DNA of 64,000 nt. Source: Lytechinus pictus. Its lineage: Eukaryota. Below are positions 25,755-39,235 of the stretch, piece after piece. The notes below the pieces were generated by a model. That model was not told the origin of the DNA. It did no database searches and worked only from the letters and a program-made list of their open reading frames with translations. The stretch covers positions 46,192,001 through 46,256,000 of the forward strand of contig NC_087251.1 in assembly GCF_037042905.1 (NCBI RefSeq), given 5' to 3'. A program made the position numbers and the translations under genes. Each line of letters opens with the position of its first letter. Position 1 is the stretch's first letter.

Positions 25755-27169
25755 CTACGGCGATGATTGGGGCAAGGATGGCGCCACTGTTAGGGTGGCG
25801 CAAAGGAGACAAACGCAGAGAGAGAGAGAGAAAGAAAATATAATCTGATGGAAAGCAAAAGAAATAACATGAGGCTTTCGTCAATGGTGGTTAGTTTTTG
25901 CCCCCAAAATACATTTTGGGCGTTAGATTTAGATTAAGATTTATTTATTTCCGTTCAAAAAAATGATATAGTCGAAGTAACAGTGTAAATACATGTTCAA
26001 AATAATACATAATACATGTTTTGTGTAGATGCGCGAATATGGATAGGCTGTGATTATTATGATGGTAACGACGACTATACGATGTGGTTTTTAATGGTAA
26101 TCATTATCTTTCATGAAAATTTACCTCCACTCTTCACTCGAATAATAGATTGAATTCAACAACTTAATCTTACCATGTGGTCCTGTATCACAAATTTTCA
26201 AGATATTTCTTCCCTACGTAGATACCTTTGACCATTACACATCATTTTCTAGTCAAAACATGCTAAAAAAGGATTACCCCTTATGGATAGAAGTTTTGTA
26301 TGCTCATCATTACAAAATTTCAATAATTTCTTCCCCATAATTTGGTGAACGTGAATTTCCTTCATTTAGTCTCTTTCCAGGCAGAAACCATGATCCATCG
26401 CTGATTATTTTTTTTGTCGGTGTAAAATGCCAATACAAAATCTAAATATGAATAGACTAATGCAAACCTACCAATTTTTAGTATAATATAGGCCTACAAA
26501 AGTCAGGGGGCCGTTGGGTAATTTTGCCATTATTTGAACTACTATGGAAACCTAAATCAACTGTTGAGCCCCGTAACCATGGTAGTTGTTTTAACTGCCG
26601 TGGGGACTTTAATTTAATTATTTGTCATCATGGCAAAGTTGCCATAGTTCTGTTTTTTTTAACGAAACGATCCCCATGTGTTAAAGCAAGATAACCCAAC
26701 CTGTCTTGGCTCTTCACAAGTTCGACTATGGGTTATAAACATTTTCATTAGTATTTTGAGTGCTTTGATTTATTCCCCCATCTTATAGGTCGTTTGTTCC
26801 TCCACCGTAAGGTATAATTATAGTCATAAAATTGTGTTGGTCATCCAACCTGCTCTCACTGCAACATTATCATATATAGAAAGCATTTATGAGGAACCGA
26901 TTATCTAGTTGTCTATTCACTGGTGCACTCTATATTATCCCGGCTATCATTGGCGGCAAAAGCCAAAAAAATTAGGGAGGGTCCACCTGAAGGGCGCAGG
27001 AGACAAAATTGACAAGCAAAAAAAAAAGGTTATCAACCAAATTTTTTTTGTGGGACCACAATTTTTTTTGACAAGCAAAAAAAATAAAAAATAAAAAGTT
27101 ATCAACAAAAAAATTAGGGGGGGCCTTGCCTATACCGGCTATATCTCCAGCTACTAAAGGCCTTCGGTG

Positions 27170-27337
27170 ATTCTATGAATTAATCCTACCGCGGGAGCCC
27201 AACCACCTCACCTGGGTCTAGTGCAGCACAACGTGGGCAAATTCCTCGCTGAAGGAAAAGACGCCTTGGCTGGGAATCGAACCCACATCCCTCACTTTGA
27301 AAGACGAGAGTCTGAACCACGAGGCCACTACACCCCC
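27170..27337 (-). mobile_element. tRNA-derived SINE, diverged and partial
   Basis: CACCTCACCTGGGTC.AGTGCAGCACA..GCTGAAGGAAAA..GGGAATCGAACCC aligns with 8254-8335. Confidence 0.8.
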
Positions 27338-27832
27338 ACATGATGATTTATCATAGACGTAACCGGGTGATATTCATGGCCCCTGCAACTCCGTTCACCT
27401 TAATTTAAAAAGAAATGATCATAGCCTTTTCCATATCTGCCCCAGACCTTCCCTTTAAAATTTATAAATGAATCGTCATTTTCCACATTCAAATCCATTC
27501 ATAAACTCCCACCTTTATCAAAATAATGATTATTATGTTGCATACAATATGTCACAGTTGAATATATGTTTTTGTATAAGTTGATGATATGATATATAAT
27601 TTATTTATCAGCGTGAAGCGCATCGAGATCCTCCCTTATTGTATACATCATTTATATATTTTTAATTATCATTATTGTTATTTTTATCATTATAATAATT
27701 ATTATTATCATTATTATTATTATGATTACTATCTCATTGTTATTATTATTATGTCATTATTAATAACTCTACTTCTAATGGGGGCTCACTGGGGGGGGGG
27801 CTTCTCTTTTTGATAGTCCGTAAGGCCCGTGT

Positions 27833-27920
27833 GGAGGTGCCGTAGCCGAGTGGTCTAAGGCGCCGACTAGACATTGAAAGTCAGGGGTTCTATCCCCGAC
27901 TACTGTACATATGCCCGTGG
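27833..27920 (+). mobile_element. tRNA-like SINE head, degenerate
   Basis: TAGCCGAGTGG (A box) and GGTTCTATCCC (B-box-like), without a complete cloverleaf. Confidence 0.55.
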
Positions 27921-28454
27921 TTTCAAATAAATGAAAATGCTAATGCATTCTTGAAACTAGGTGTGGAATTCTTTTTAATGAAAAAAAAAGGAATAGAAAA
28001 ATCCGAAATCAGATATACAGCAATTTAATGCAACTTTTGAATCTGTTGATGGTGACCGAAATATTCCAAATATGATGTACCTAAATTCCGGGAGTACGTT
28101 ATGTTGTGATAGAAACTGATATGATTATATTATAGACTAGTGAAATGTACCCGTTCTACTCAAGCTCAGTTTGGAATGCAATTACAACCCCTGTCTTCTC
28201 GTGTTACCGTTAAAAGCAAGCACTGACAAACGTGACATAACGTAATTCAATAACAAATTCGAGAGGTAAATGCAAACGTACGCGCAGGCCCTAAATACAC
28301 GAATCAAAATTGAACAGGGACGAGTAAACAGAAATAAGATATCATAAAATTTCAAACGAAATTGGAAGATTTCATAAGAAAATGTAAGAAATCGGGTGGG
28401 CTTTGTTGAATGTTTATCCTATACCCCAGTGTTTCTTTCTTGATAATAGGGAGT

Positions 28455-28660
28455 TGAAAATCAATTGTCAAAAGTCCTTCAAGACAAAGAGGTCTTTGTC
28501 GAAAATCGGTGAAGCAAATCTGCAGTTTCGTCCTGGACTCTGGACAAACGAATTATTTGTATTTTTTCGTCAGATCAGGTGTCACCGTTCACTTATTGTC
28601 GACAAAGACCTTTTAGCTGTTCATTGTGATTCGACGGGCATTTTCAATAGATTGTCTATG
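28455..28660 (+). repeat. Copy of the old dispersed repeat family with an internal inverted repeat
   Basis: AGGTCTTTGTCGAAAAT..GTGAA pairs with TTCAC..ATTGTCGACAAAGACCT, followed by GACGGGCATTTTCAATAGATT. Confidence 0.75.
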
Positions 28661-29770
28661 TTGTAGAATACGTCCCCGTTGCAATTGCGAAAACTCGTTA
28701 TGAACGAAAAGCGCAACCAACAAGCTATACTAATTTTTTTTGGTATTTATAATTTTCCAGCTGAATGCATTTGACGGTGATCTATATATTGATCATGACT
28801 GTGATACGGCGCTGAACCATATTTAGCTTTATTCATTAGCACATCCTTCTCATAAAGCGCCATAAAGTACAATATTCCGCAGGTGATAAAGTGTATGGTT
28901 TGGGGTTATGGAGGCGATATTAAATTTGAGGTCGTGGTATTTACATTGCGGCTTATCTCCAAAAGAGCTGCGATGGAACGGGCGTTGGGCGAGCAATGGC
29001 ATAGCATTCGGCTCTCTGCAGCAGCTAAATGAATAAATGATATTATCATTTCAATTTCTCTCAGCATTGTTTTCTTCTCAGAATACAATTTAATACGTGA
29101 CTATCATCGAAATTTCACATCAGTCCATTCAGATTAATCTTGAATACTTTTAGTATATAAATAAATTTGGAACGCCAGATACTACCACCAATATATTATA
29201 TACGCTGTTCTATAAAATAAACGGCATTTCATCATGTAATTCAATTACTTAATTTCAATTTAGTAGTTAATAATAATTCGATTTTGATAAACAATACACA
29301 GAGAATGAATGTTTTTAATCCAATTATCGAAAATACGTAGGCACTGTGAACATAATATTATTTCCTGAAACTCTTAACTTTCAATCTTTGCTTTCCTGTA
29401 GTTTACCGTTTTATGACTTCATTATAGTATACATACGATATCGAAATAAAATTGACACCAATGAATCAAATATCGATTTCGATAATCGATTAATATATCA
29501 ACAAATATTCGTGACGTCACTTGACCACTAAAATCGCACACTTATTTCTTTTTAAAATGAACTACATGTGCTCTAATCTTTTGGGTACAATGTGTATATT
29601 GTTCAGATTTCTTTCAAATGGCGTTATAGTCATATTATGATTGCTGATGGGCTACCGTGCTGAAATTAGACGAAATGAATAAATAGAATGATAAAGACAG
29701 GAATTAATAAGTAGGTAAATAAAAAAATAAAATAAATAGATAGATAGATAGATAGATAAATAAAGATAGT

Positions 29771-30049
29771 GGAGCGTTGTGGCCCAGTGGATTAGTCTTC
29801 TGACTTTGAAACAGGGGGTCGTGGGTTCGAATCCCAGCTATGGCGAAATTTCCTTCAGCAAGAAATTCATCCACATGGTGCTGCACTCAACCCAGGTGAG
29901 ATGAATGGGTACCTGGCAGGAATTTATTCCTTGAAATGCCACCGCGCTGTAAAAGGCTACTTGGCTAAAGCCAGGGTAATAATATCCAAGTCCTTTGGAA
30001 GCGTTATGACATAACGTGATATGCGCTATACAAGAACTGCATTATTATT

Positions 30050-30050
<1 letters not shown>
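29771..30050 (+). mobile_element. Full-length tRNA-derived SINE inserted in an (AGAT)n tract
   Basis: TGGCCCAGTGG A box, GGTTCGAATCC B box, body shared with 8161-8389, (ATT)n tail, and AGAT repeats on both sides. Confidence 0.88.

Positions 30051-30135
<85 letters not shown>
30051..30135. repeat. (AGAT)n microsatellite, ~21 units
   Basis: Directly visible. Confidence 0.97.
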
Positions 30136-31022
30136 GAATAAATAATAGTTTGAAATTTATTACCATCATTGATATTTTTCGACAATGTAATTCATGTCAT
30201 TTCACGATTTCTTGCTAATTTCTAATGCATTTTTATTGCAAGGCAATCACATATTATAGATTGTAAAATATTGCTCGCGGTGATTTACGAAACAAGAACA
30301 ATTCAAAGACAGTATTATGTTTTAAGAACTATGCATAGCCTTTTATATTGATTTAGTAGCATTTTAACAGTGTTATCCACTATATAATCTTTAGATTTCC
30401 AGTTATCCACTCTCGATGTTTTTATGTTCGAAGTTTATAATGTTACCTTACTCTTGTATTTTCATGTTGAATGATGTTTGTTTAACTGTATAGGGTTGAT
30501 TGATTGATTGATTGATTGACAACGAATTTATTCATTCCAAAATTTCAACAAAGTTACAAAGTAAAGCAAAATATAATATAACATTTTGAAATGAAATAGG
30601 AACCTTCTGGAAAGCAAAGCTTGTTATTGAAGGTTTCCTTTAATAAATAAGACTTAATGCAAAAAACAATATATATATATAATATACTAATCATATCGTT
30701 CTTGTTGAAGTTCAAAATAGATAGAATAAACAAGTCATCATATCTTTCTTGTAAAAATTATATGTAAAAATTATATGTAAATCCTTGTTAAATGTATTTT
30801 TTTTTTTTTTTTTTTTACATATTCTTCCAAGTAAAAAAATAAACAAGGCTGGATTATCTTACAAGATATGAAGAAAAAGTGACAAGGACACACAAGACAA
30901 AACGTTCCTTTGCAAAGCAGTTTTTATCAATACTGAACAGGCCAACCATGCAGTCTAAAGTAGATAAAACAAAATAATAAATAAATCATTTTAATTAGTG
31001 TTTGTCAAGATCAGGAAAATAA

Positions 31023-31171
31023 TTTTTTGTGAAACTACATATTTTCAATTCTACCTAAAAGCAATATATATATATATATATATGTATATATGTTCAAGTT
31101 TTCAAGTATATATGTTCAATATTTTTTTGTGAAACTACATATTTTCAATTCTACCTAAAAGCAATATATAT

Positions 31172-31221
<50 letters not shown>

Positions 31222-31231
31222 GTTCAAGTTT
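31023..31231 (+). repeat. Recent ~100-bp-period tandem duplication containing (TA)n
   Basis: TTTTTTGTGAAACTACATATTTTCAATTCTACCTAAAAGCAATATATA..TGTATATATGTTCAAGTTT occurs twice, separated by a short filler copied from the unit end. Confidence 0.85.
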
Positions 31232-31589
31232 AGGAAAAAAAATTAAAGTATATTTCATTTTTATTACGTATAGGCCTATATCAGGAAAGGATCTCCAGTA
31301 GCATTATTGATGGATTTCCTGTGTAGTTTTTCCTATCATTTAGAAAGGCAAATTTCAAAGAGGGAAAGAGAAAGAAAATTTCGTTGAATGCACTCTTTTG
31401 TTGCCTGGTGTCATAACAACCGCTCGGTATGGCTTCCGAATCACCTGCCGCATACAACTCGGTATGATACCTTAGATACATGACGCTTAAACCATAGCAA
31501 CAGGCTCCGGAACGAGTTCGGTTGATCATGGGGACTATTCGCGCGCCGGGAGGCAAAACGCTTTCAAGAACGAAGAAAATGTATTTCAC

Positions 31590-31750
31590 AGTGCCCTTCA
31601 TGACTATGAACAACCAAGAAGTCTTTGTCGAAGATCGGTGAATAAAAACAGCAGATTCTTGTAACCTGGACGAACGTCATGTTTGCAATTTTACGTCAGC
31701 GGTTCACCTATTTTCGACAAAGACTTCGCAGCATTTTCAATACATTTACT
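31590..31750 (+). repeat. Copy of the old dispersed repeat family
   Basis: AAGTCTTTGTCGAAGATCGGTGAA pairs with TTCACCTATTTTCGACAAAGACTT, followed by GCATTTTCAATA. Confidence 0.75.
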
Positions 31751-32717
31751 GTGTTCTTGATTTCGTTTTGCGTCGCTGTGCGAAAATTAAAGTTCTGTAT
31801 TGACTTGTACCAACTGGTTTGTAAAGCTGTTCAGAGTATGTTTTCCTTCTCCTTTTCTAGTACTTTCTTCAAGTGAACTGCGGGAATGACCTCTTAATGC
31901 CCTTTATCATTACATGCAATTTACACGTGTGTATTCTGTTTAACCTCTGGATTAATCTAGGGTAGAGGGCAAATATTATATATTGTGCCGGTAGTTGTAA
32001 AATCCATCAATTTATCTCCATCTTCACGTAAAGTCCTACGAGGTCAGGAAATCTGTAAACCTTTATGACACACTGAAACGTATATTATCTTCCTTCCTCC
32101 TCCTGCATAATTCTGTAGAATATGAAAAATGTATTAATTTTTTCATAGATATTATAACGCAGGCTTTAAATTGAAGGGAAGTTCGGTCACCCCCCCCCCC
32201 CCAAAAAAAAAAAAACGGAAAATTAGGTAAAAAGAGAACGGAAAGAAAGGGGTGACATATTACTATGGATGTCTTGTCAAAATCTATCGCAAAATTAGAT
32301 TTTCATTTCAAGAATTACTAAAAAAATTCACTCATTCGATATTTTTTTAATAGTATATTTATTCCGGAACCCGTGTTGTGAATTTTAAGAATATTGGATA
32401 AGTGCGCCACTGGCAATAAATGTCTACTTAAATAAATATATAAATCATTTATTTATTTATTCACATAATCAGGTTCGTAAGATCAGAGATATAACTACTG
32501 TTTTGCATCTTGGTCCTGATGTATAATAACATAGTAAAAATGTAAATAATTAGGTAGAATTTGTATTAAAAACAAGTAGGGGTTGACGATTGTGAATAAT
32601 CATAGACGGTTATGATTATGATAGTTATGATAGACAGATAAAAGTTAACAATGTGATTGCAATCGTATCACTAGGTTATTTTAGCAGTCAATTCGACGAC
32701 GCTTTCTATAATGCTGA

Positions 32718-32935
32718 TAATCTATCTTATCAAAAGCCCTTCATAACAAAACAGCCTTTGTCCAAAGTGGTTAATCAAAACAGCAGTGTCGTCCTGGAGT
32801 CTGGACAAACGACGTATTTGCAATTTTTCGTAGGATCCAAATCTTAAGACTATGTGCTGTCCCCATCCGCCAACTTTCGACAATGACCTTCAGTCTGTCC
32901 ATTGTAATTTGACGGGCATTTTCAATAGATTCTCA
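32718..32935 (+). repeat. Copy of the old dispersed repeat family
   Basis: CGTCCTGGAGTCTGGACAAACGA and GACGGGCATTTTCAATAGATT are shared with 28529-28652. Confidence 0.75.
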
Positions 32936-35900
32936 TCGTTCCAAAAAGCGTCTGCGAAGCGGATAGTAAAATACGCCATTATTGTAAAAGTGAATGCAAT
33001 TCTAGTAAAAGCCGACAAAATGTTTTATTTCTTGAAGGTTGAACAGGCATGACAGAGGGAGAAATTTATGCATTCAAATATAACGGACAACGCTCACTGT
33101 CAGCAGGGTAGCTCCGCCAATTTAATTGCAAGCTGGGACCCGTTTTTCATAAAGAATTTATGAATATGATAACTTTGCCATTATTTCAAATACCATGAAA
33201 ACCTTGATTTGTATTAGCTGCTAATAAACTCCTTTTCCATGGTAATTACTAAAATAGTGGCAAAGTTATAGTTATAATCCCTGTACGAAACGAGCCTCTG
33301 GTCTCCTCCTTCCTATGTCTACAAACAGTATCCTTTCTATATTCTGAATACATGGTCAAAGTTAAAATTAAGAATGTCCAATTTTTATTAGTATGACCCG
33401 GTTGAGCTTCGAATCCTGGACCTTTCGGTGATGGTGCAAATTCCTTTCCCACTGAGTAGAAAGCTGACATGGTTCAGTATTTTATGTTTGTGTATTTTGT
33501 ATTACAGATAGATTTATTCGTGCTCCTAATGGTAGGGTGGGAGGGGAGAGTGTCTCTTCATGGACTACCAAGTCTGTCGACACGTACAGAAGAAGAAGCA
33601 GAAGAAGCAGAAGAAGAAGAAGAAGAAGTGAAAGAGAGATTGTGTGTGAGAGAGGGAGAGACAAAGAAATCGAGAGAGAGGGAGAGATAAAATCAATGAT
33701 AGCAATAATTTCAGATGTTACTGTTATTTACAATGAGATATAGATTCCACTGATTATAGTCCAAGTATCGTACGACATCTTAGGGACATTGTTGAAGTCG
33801 ACAATTTTTGCTGCTCCTGTTAATATGGCGGAGGAGAGCTTGCCATAAGCAGATCATCACCGTCATCCCAAAGTAAGACCATTCCCAATTATAAAATTCC
33901 TCCATTTTTTTCATTTCTGATAGGGCGGGAGGGAAGTTAGCACTCCTAAAAGATGAAAACCTCTTGCCAAGCACACTTCAACTGTTGTCCGTGGTAACCG
34001 AGCAATCGCACCCCCGTACAGGTTTGCCCATTCTGGTCGTAATATGAAGAAATCAATAAAGTGTTTTCAAAACAGAGGTATAAAGCAAGCTCGCGCTATT
34101 AAGTTTGATTCTGAGTTAACGGGTTTGCCGTTTGTTTGATTTAATTATACCAGTGCTATAATCAATAAATGAATTTGGCTACTGAATTAAACCTGTTTGC
34201 ATCTCAAGCTAAAGATAAGTCGCAGTGCTAACACGATTCTAAAGATAGCTTTCAACTAAGCGCTCGGGACAAAAGTTTACGAATTATATCACGACCTGAG
34301 AGGTGTGATACTACTTATTATTTTACTAATCTGTTTTTATTTAATCTGTGAAGAGGAAGCTAACTACAACTATATTTGATGTTATTGGTCACTTGCCTTT
34401 CTGGGTTGGTTTCTGTCTCCTACATCCAGCACCAAGTTCATAAAAAAAATTCCTGTTGCTGTAATCCGACCGACCTAAAACGTGTCGACTTTTATTTTTT
34501 GTTTTGACCCCCATACCCACCCACATGGAAAGATGTCAACCGTCCCTAATTTATATACATTTTGTACGGTTTTTTAAATAAAATTTCTTATTTTACAAAC
34601 AAATTTAATGAAAAATTGATAAATGATTTAGTAAACGTCACGAATTTCCATGTGGACAATAGAATGAAATTGAATTGAATATGTAGCCGCACTTTCATAT
34701 CATACCTACAAACAAAATGTGAACGAAAAATTTCGACCGACCTACCCAACATCAAATTATTTCCTGGATATTTTTTTTTGATGGGGGGGGGGGATGAAAA
34801 AAAAATCAGTCACAAAATTAGACTTTCATTTCAACAAGGTGACCTTTTCGCTCACTGTATTCGCTCCGCTCGCGTAGGATTCAAATTTGAACCCCTATTT
34901 CTTTGTGTGCAGGAGTCGGCTTGCCGAGTAATATAAAAAATAAAAGACGCAGAATGCCACATCTGAAGAACAAAAGCTTTTTCAGTGAGTTATGCAATAA
35001 ACCAGGTGCGTTGCTATGTCAGTTTATTAAGTATCTTTTATGAGGCATAATTGAAGCCCCCCCCCCGTGATTAATCAACATAAACACGTACCCACGGTTC
35101 CAAACTGAATTGATTGTCGCTATGGCTAGAGACAAAATAAATAATCCCGATCGTCACGAAATGAAATAGTCCCGATAGTCATGAAAGTCATATATATGAA
35201 TGTTTCAGTATAACATCAATAATCACAATTTCAACATAACAATATAAAATCGAGCAACATATAATGAATAAATATTAAAAATGAAAGGAAAAAAAAGGAA
35301 AGGGGAAAAGGGTAGACTGGCAAATGACGCACTTCATTTCATATTGCGAAAGAAGATGCGTCAATTACGAGTACATAATTCAAAGTTGAGGGGCCGGTAG
35401 ATGGAGGAAATAAATTTCCTGACTGGCCACTTATGATGCAGGAGATAACGCGGATGAATCATGAATTATTGTTGCTATCTTTTCCCCAGGGACAAGCCAT
35501 TTGAGTTCACTATCAGTCACCTTCAAAACGACAGGTTGTTTCCATAATACTTTTTAACAGTATGAACATGATGAAGTATTCATATTTTTGTATTATGCAC
35601 GCAGAGGGAATATGCATTGGAAATCATGAATGATGGAGGTGAGACCGAGTTTGGTCCATTAACAGAATTGCTATTGAGAGATGTATTATCATCAACCTTC
35701 GAACCATCAAGACAAATACATCAATAGATACACCCCCCCCCCCCCGTTTTCATGGTGTTTCTGTATCACCCTCAAACCATGAAAAACCTTGGCCTGGGCG
35801 TCAATATAGGCCTAACCGGCACAGACGAAAAAAAAATGAAAGTTCAGTAAATCCGACCAGGACTTCAAATGTGATTTAAAAAAAAAAGAGTATCAAGTTA

Positions 35901-37160
35901 ATAAATATAAATCTACATTAAACCTCGAAAAATTGAAGAAAAAAAAATCATGGAAAAAAATCGTTTTGTGAAGTATTAGTCTCGGAAGGAAGGGTCAGAG
36001 GAAGCCCAGTCGTAGTAAGGTCGGAGGAAAGGTCGGTGGAAGCCCTGTCGTAGTATAAGGCTGGAGGAAAGGTCGGAGTAGTGCCTGTCTGGACAGAGTT
36101 CGTGGTAACTTATTCCGACCAACTCGTTCAGACGTGGGTTCCCAGTCGTAGTGATCTTTTTTTTTACGCATGGATTAAAATTCCAAAGACATTTATCTTG
36201 TCACGACCCATGTCCTAAAAGATAAAAAAAAAATTGGTATAGCAGTATATGTTTTATGTACGCTAACTCCTTTTGATAAATGGGGCTTGGTTATAGGAAG
36301 GACGAGATCAAGAAGAAATGGGGCCAGAATGGCAGATAATATAGAGAGTAATTGAGAGATAGTACTATAGTACCATCAGCCTCCGAACTGCAGGCAAGAA
36401 GATGCGTCCCCTTTCCATGCTGCATGTATCGCCCTAAAGGATATCGATACCATCGACGTTTACTGCGATAATCCCACTTTCTCGTGAATATTTATCCTAA
36501 CAACCAGAGAATGGGAGTGTTTGTTTCTAATTAATAATTCAAAAAACCTATCAACATGATCACGTCTGAGTTTGCCTAGAGAGGACAGGTATATGACAGT
36601 TGCTAATTAATCAGTGAAATGGCGGAGCATACTATATGTCTGCCATATACTGGGTGGAGACAATTTGACTCGCGCCTTTCGTCGTCGTGGGATATTTGTA
36701 ATTGCAATTATTGGGAGAATCTAATTTGATTAGTAAATACTAAACTCTTTATATATTATTGATTATAACAAAACTTTACTCGTCTTTAATGTATTCGGAA
36801 TCTTGGTTTAATGTTAAATTTTACCATAGTTTGAATTTGTGGTTTATGTGTTGGGCGACGAATGTCAAAACTTTGTAAACGCTATTTATTTCCTTTTTAT
36901 TTAATTGACCTTTGATGTCATGCTTTTGATGGCCCCCGGACTCTTTTTTCCCAGTTTTTAGACATATCGGCAGTTAAAAACAAACCGACTATTGTTTAGA
37001 TACGTGCATCACATTATATTCCCCCGGTAATACCGGCGTACAGACGTGTGTGTGTGGGGGGCTGAGTACCAAGGCCTCCAAATCGTTTCACGACCAAGAG
37101 AAAAAGAGGAGAAAAAATGAAATGGAAGGATTAAAATGTTATCATTTCAAAATCTATCTA

Positions 37161-37446
37161 CACTGTTAGAAAATTTATCCTTAAAATAAAAGAAGTTCCT
37201 GCAGCAGAGTCTCGAGAACACCTGAAATTTCACCAGATTTCGTATTCTTACAGGAAATTGGTATTTGGTGTATGGAACCTTACAAATTTCCTTTAAGAAA
37301 ACACCCTTTTCCCGGGCCTTTTTAAACAGACCTGTTCTGTTAAATTGCAGAAAAATTCCTGTTTTATGAATAGAAGGAATGATTCTGTTATTGCTTTCGG
37401 CAAAATCTTCTTTTTTCTGTAAAATCAGGTGTTTTTTTTAACAGTG
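37161..37446. mobile_element. MITE with CACTGTTA..TAACAGTG termini and TA flanks (CACTA/EnSpm-like), nested in an older element
   Basis: TA|CACTGTTAGAAAA and TTTTTTAACAGTG|TA. Confidence 0.75.
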
Positions 37447-37940
37447 TAAAAGCTTAATTTTTGTATCGATATTAAAAGGTTCAACATTTTTGCTCGCTCG
37501 CTTCGCTTGCTATCATCTTTTTAGGACGTTTGCCTCATCCGACATTATCGATCTAGCCCCTCAATTTTTGTGTGTGTGTTTATCTCGCCACTGCCGGGTG
37601 ACATTGTATGTCAATCATCAGTCATTTGTAAGTGAGAATTTTTCTGATATATACATTTATTTTCTCAAGTTCTTGCAGAAGAAATCTTTCTGGCGCAAAA
37701 GTGAGAAAAGATTGAAACACCCCACGCAAAAAGCTAGCTTTTCTAAAACCATGACCAGCAAAAACGAAAAAAAAAAAAAAATACATAATCCAGCTGAAGC
37801 ATATCTCACCGTGCGTCAAGCGTTTTCTTGCCATGGCCCCTTTGGGACCCTTTTCATAAAGACTAAAAACTATGTTAACTTTGTCATCATCTTAACTACC
37901 ATGGAAACCTTGATTGCGATTGGATCCTGAGCACTGTTAC

Positions 37941-38281
37941 CATGGGCGGAAATCCCAGGGGGGACAGGGGGGACGTGTCCCCCTACTCAAAATAGTAGGG
38001 GGGGACACAATATCAAATGTCCCCCTACTATATGTGTGTTTTTTATGATGGTAAGAAATACATCATTCAAAATCGAAATAAAACATGTATTTTAGGACGA
38101 GATGACTTTACTTTTGGGATGATAACCTTTTTTTTTTTTTTTTTGGTTTTGTCAAATTTTTTTTCGTCGAAATTACCTTAAATTTGGGGTGATAACCTTT
38201 TTTTTTTTTTTTTTTTTTTTGTCTTGTCAAATTATCCAGCCCCTTGTCCCCCCTACCTTTTGGGAGAGATTTCCGCCCCTG
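37941..38281. mobile_element. hAT-like MITE with a perfect 8-bp TSD
   Basis: TIR CATGGGCGGAAATC / GATTTCCGCCCCTG. ACTGTTAC at 37933-37940 and 38282-38289. Confidence 0.9.
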
Positions 38282-38599
38282 ACTGTTACCATGGTAGTAG
38301 CCAAAATAACAACGTTCTTTTCATCCCCAATGTTTGATGTCAAAGTAATGTTCACGCTGACTGAACACAGTCTCGTCAATTAATTATTGAGATTGGTTAT
38401 AAAATTCAACGCTTGTACTCGTGATATATGCTTTAAAAAAAAAGAGCGCGGTGCATTGAAAATGAGTTTTAATCCGATCGAGGTTGTCATTTTTTTAAAA
38501 GCAATATGCTTATGATGACAATCCTTCTGCATATTGCTAATGTTATAATAATTTGGTAGGATAGATCATATTTGTTTAGAATATATTTTTCAGTCCATG

Positions 38600-39116
38600 T
38601 TTTTATGCCCCCGCAGACGAAGTCCGGAGGGGGCATTAAGCGTTGCCCCCGTCCGTCAGTCCGTCCCCTCACTTGGTTTCCGCGCAATAACTCGAAAAAT
38701 ATTTAGTGGATTTTAAAAATTTTGGGTGTGTAGGTAGATCACACCAAAATACTGGCTAAAATCGAATTCGGAGTCCGCAGGTTAAAGGTCAAAGCTCACA
38801 GCTCATTAAATATGAGAGTTGGTTTCCGCATGATAACTTATGAAATATTCAACAGATTTAAAAAAAATGTTGGTGTGTACTAGTAGGTAGATGAGACCAA
38901 AATACAGGCTAAGTTTGAATTTGGAGTCCGCTGGTCAAAGGTCACAGCTCATTGTATATGCGAGTTGGTTCAAAAGTCTAAATTCGTTCATTATATATAT
39001 ATATATATATATGCATATTGGTTTCTGCACAATATTAAGTTCAATCATATTGAATCAATTTCTGATCGCGTTAAGCGGGGGCATCTGTGTCCTTTGGACA
39101 CGTCAAATTTCTAGTT
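38600..39116 (+). mobile_element. Non-autonomous Helentron/DINE-type element
   Basis: T-run start, subterminal inverted repeat ATGCCCCCGC / GCGGGGGCAT, (CCGT)n microsatellite, two ~140-bp internal repeats, 3' hairpin GTGTCC-TTT-GGACAC, and a CTAGT end into a T-run. Confidence 0.8.
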
Positions 39117-39235
39117 TTTTTTCTATGATTTTATGCCCCAAAAATTCAGTAATATTTTATTATGTTTGTTATGTAATGAAAAATGTGGGCCTATACGAAT
39201 GATTATGAATGAAGAATAAAGCAAAATCAAATCAA

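Noticed and set aside
25213..25884. ORFs of 108-223 aa with repeating QYYFVPT / RGNEIIL / WERNNIA
   Set aside because: They are translations of a 21-bp minisatellite that is stop-free in several frames on both strands.
27833..27905. Possible tRNA gene
   Set aside because: A and B boxes are present, but there is no acceptor-stem pairing or proper anticodon arm. Better explained as a SINE head.
33770..34070. Unique, moderately GC-rich segment with ATGGCGG and a GTAAG donor-like site
   Set aside because: The ATG frame stops after 7 codons and no compatible exons were found. It may be non-coding or regulatory, but I cannot support that.
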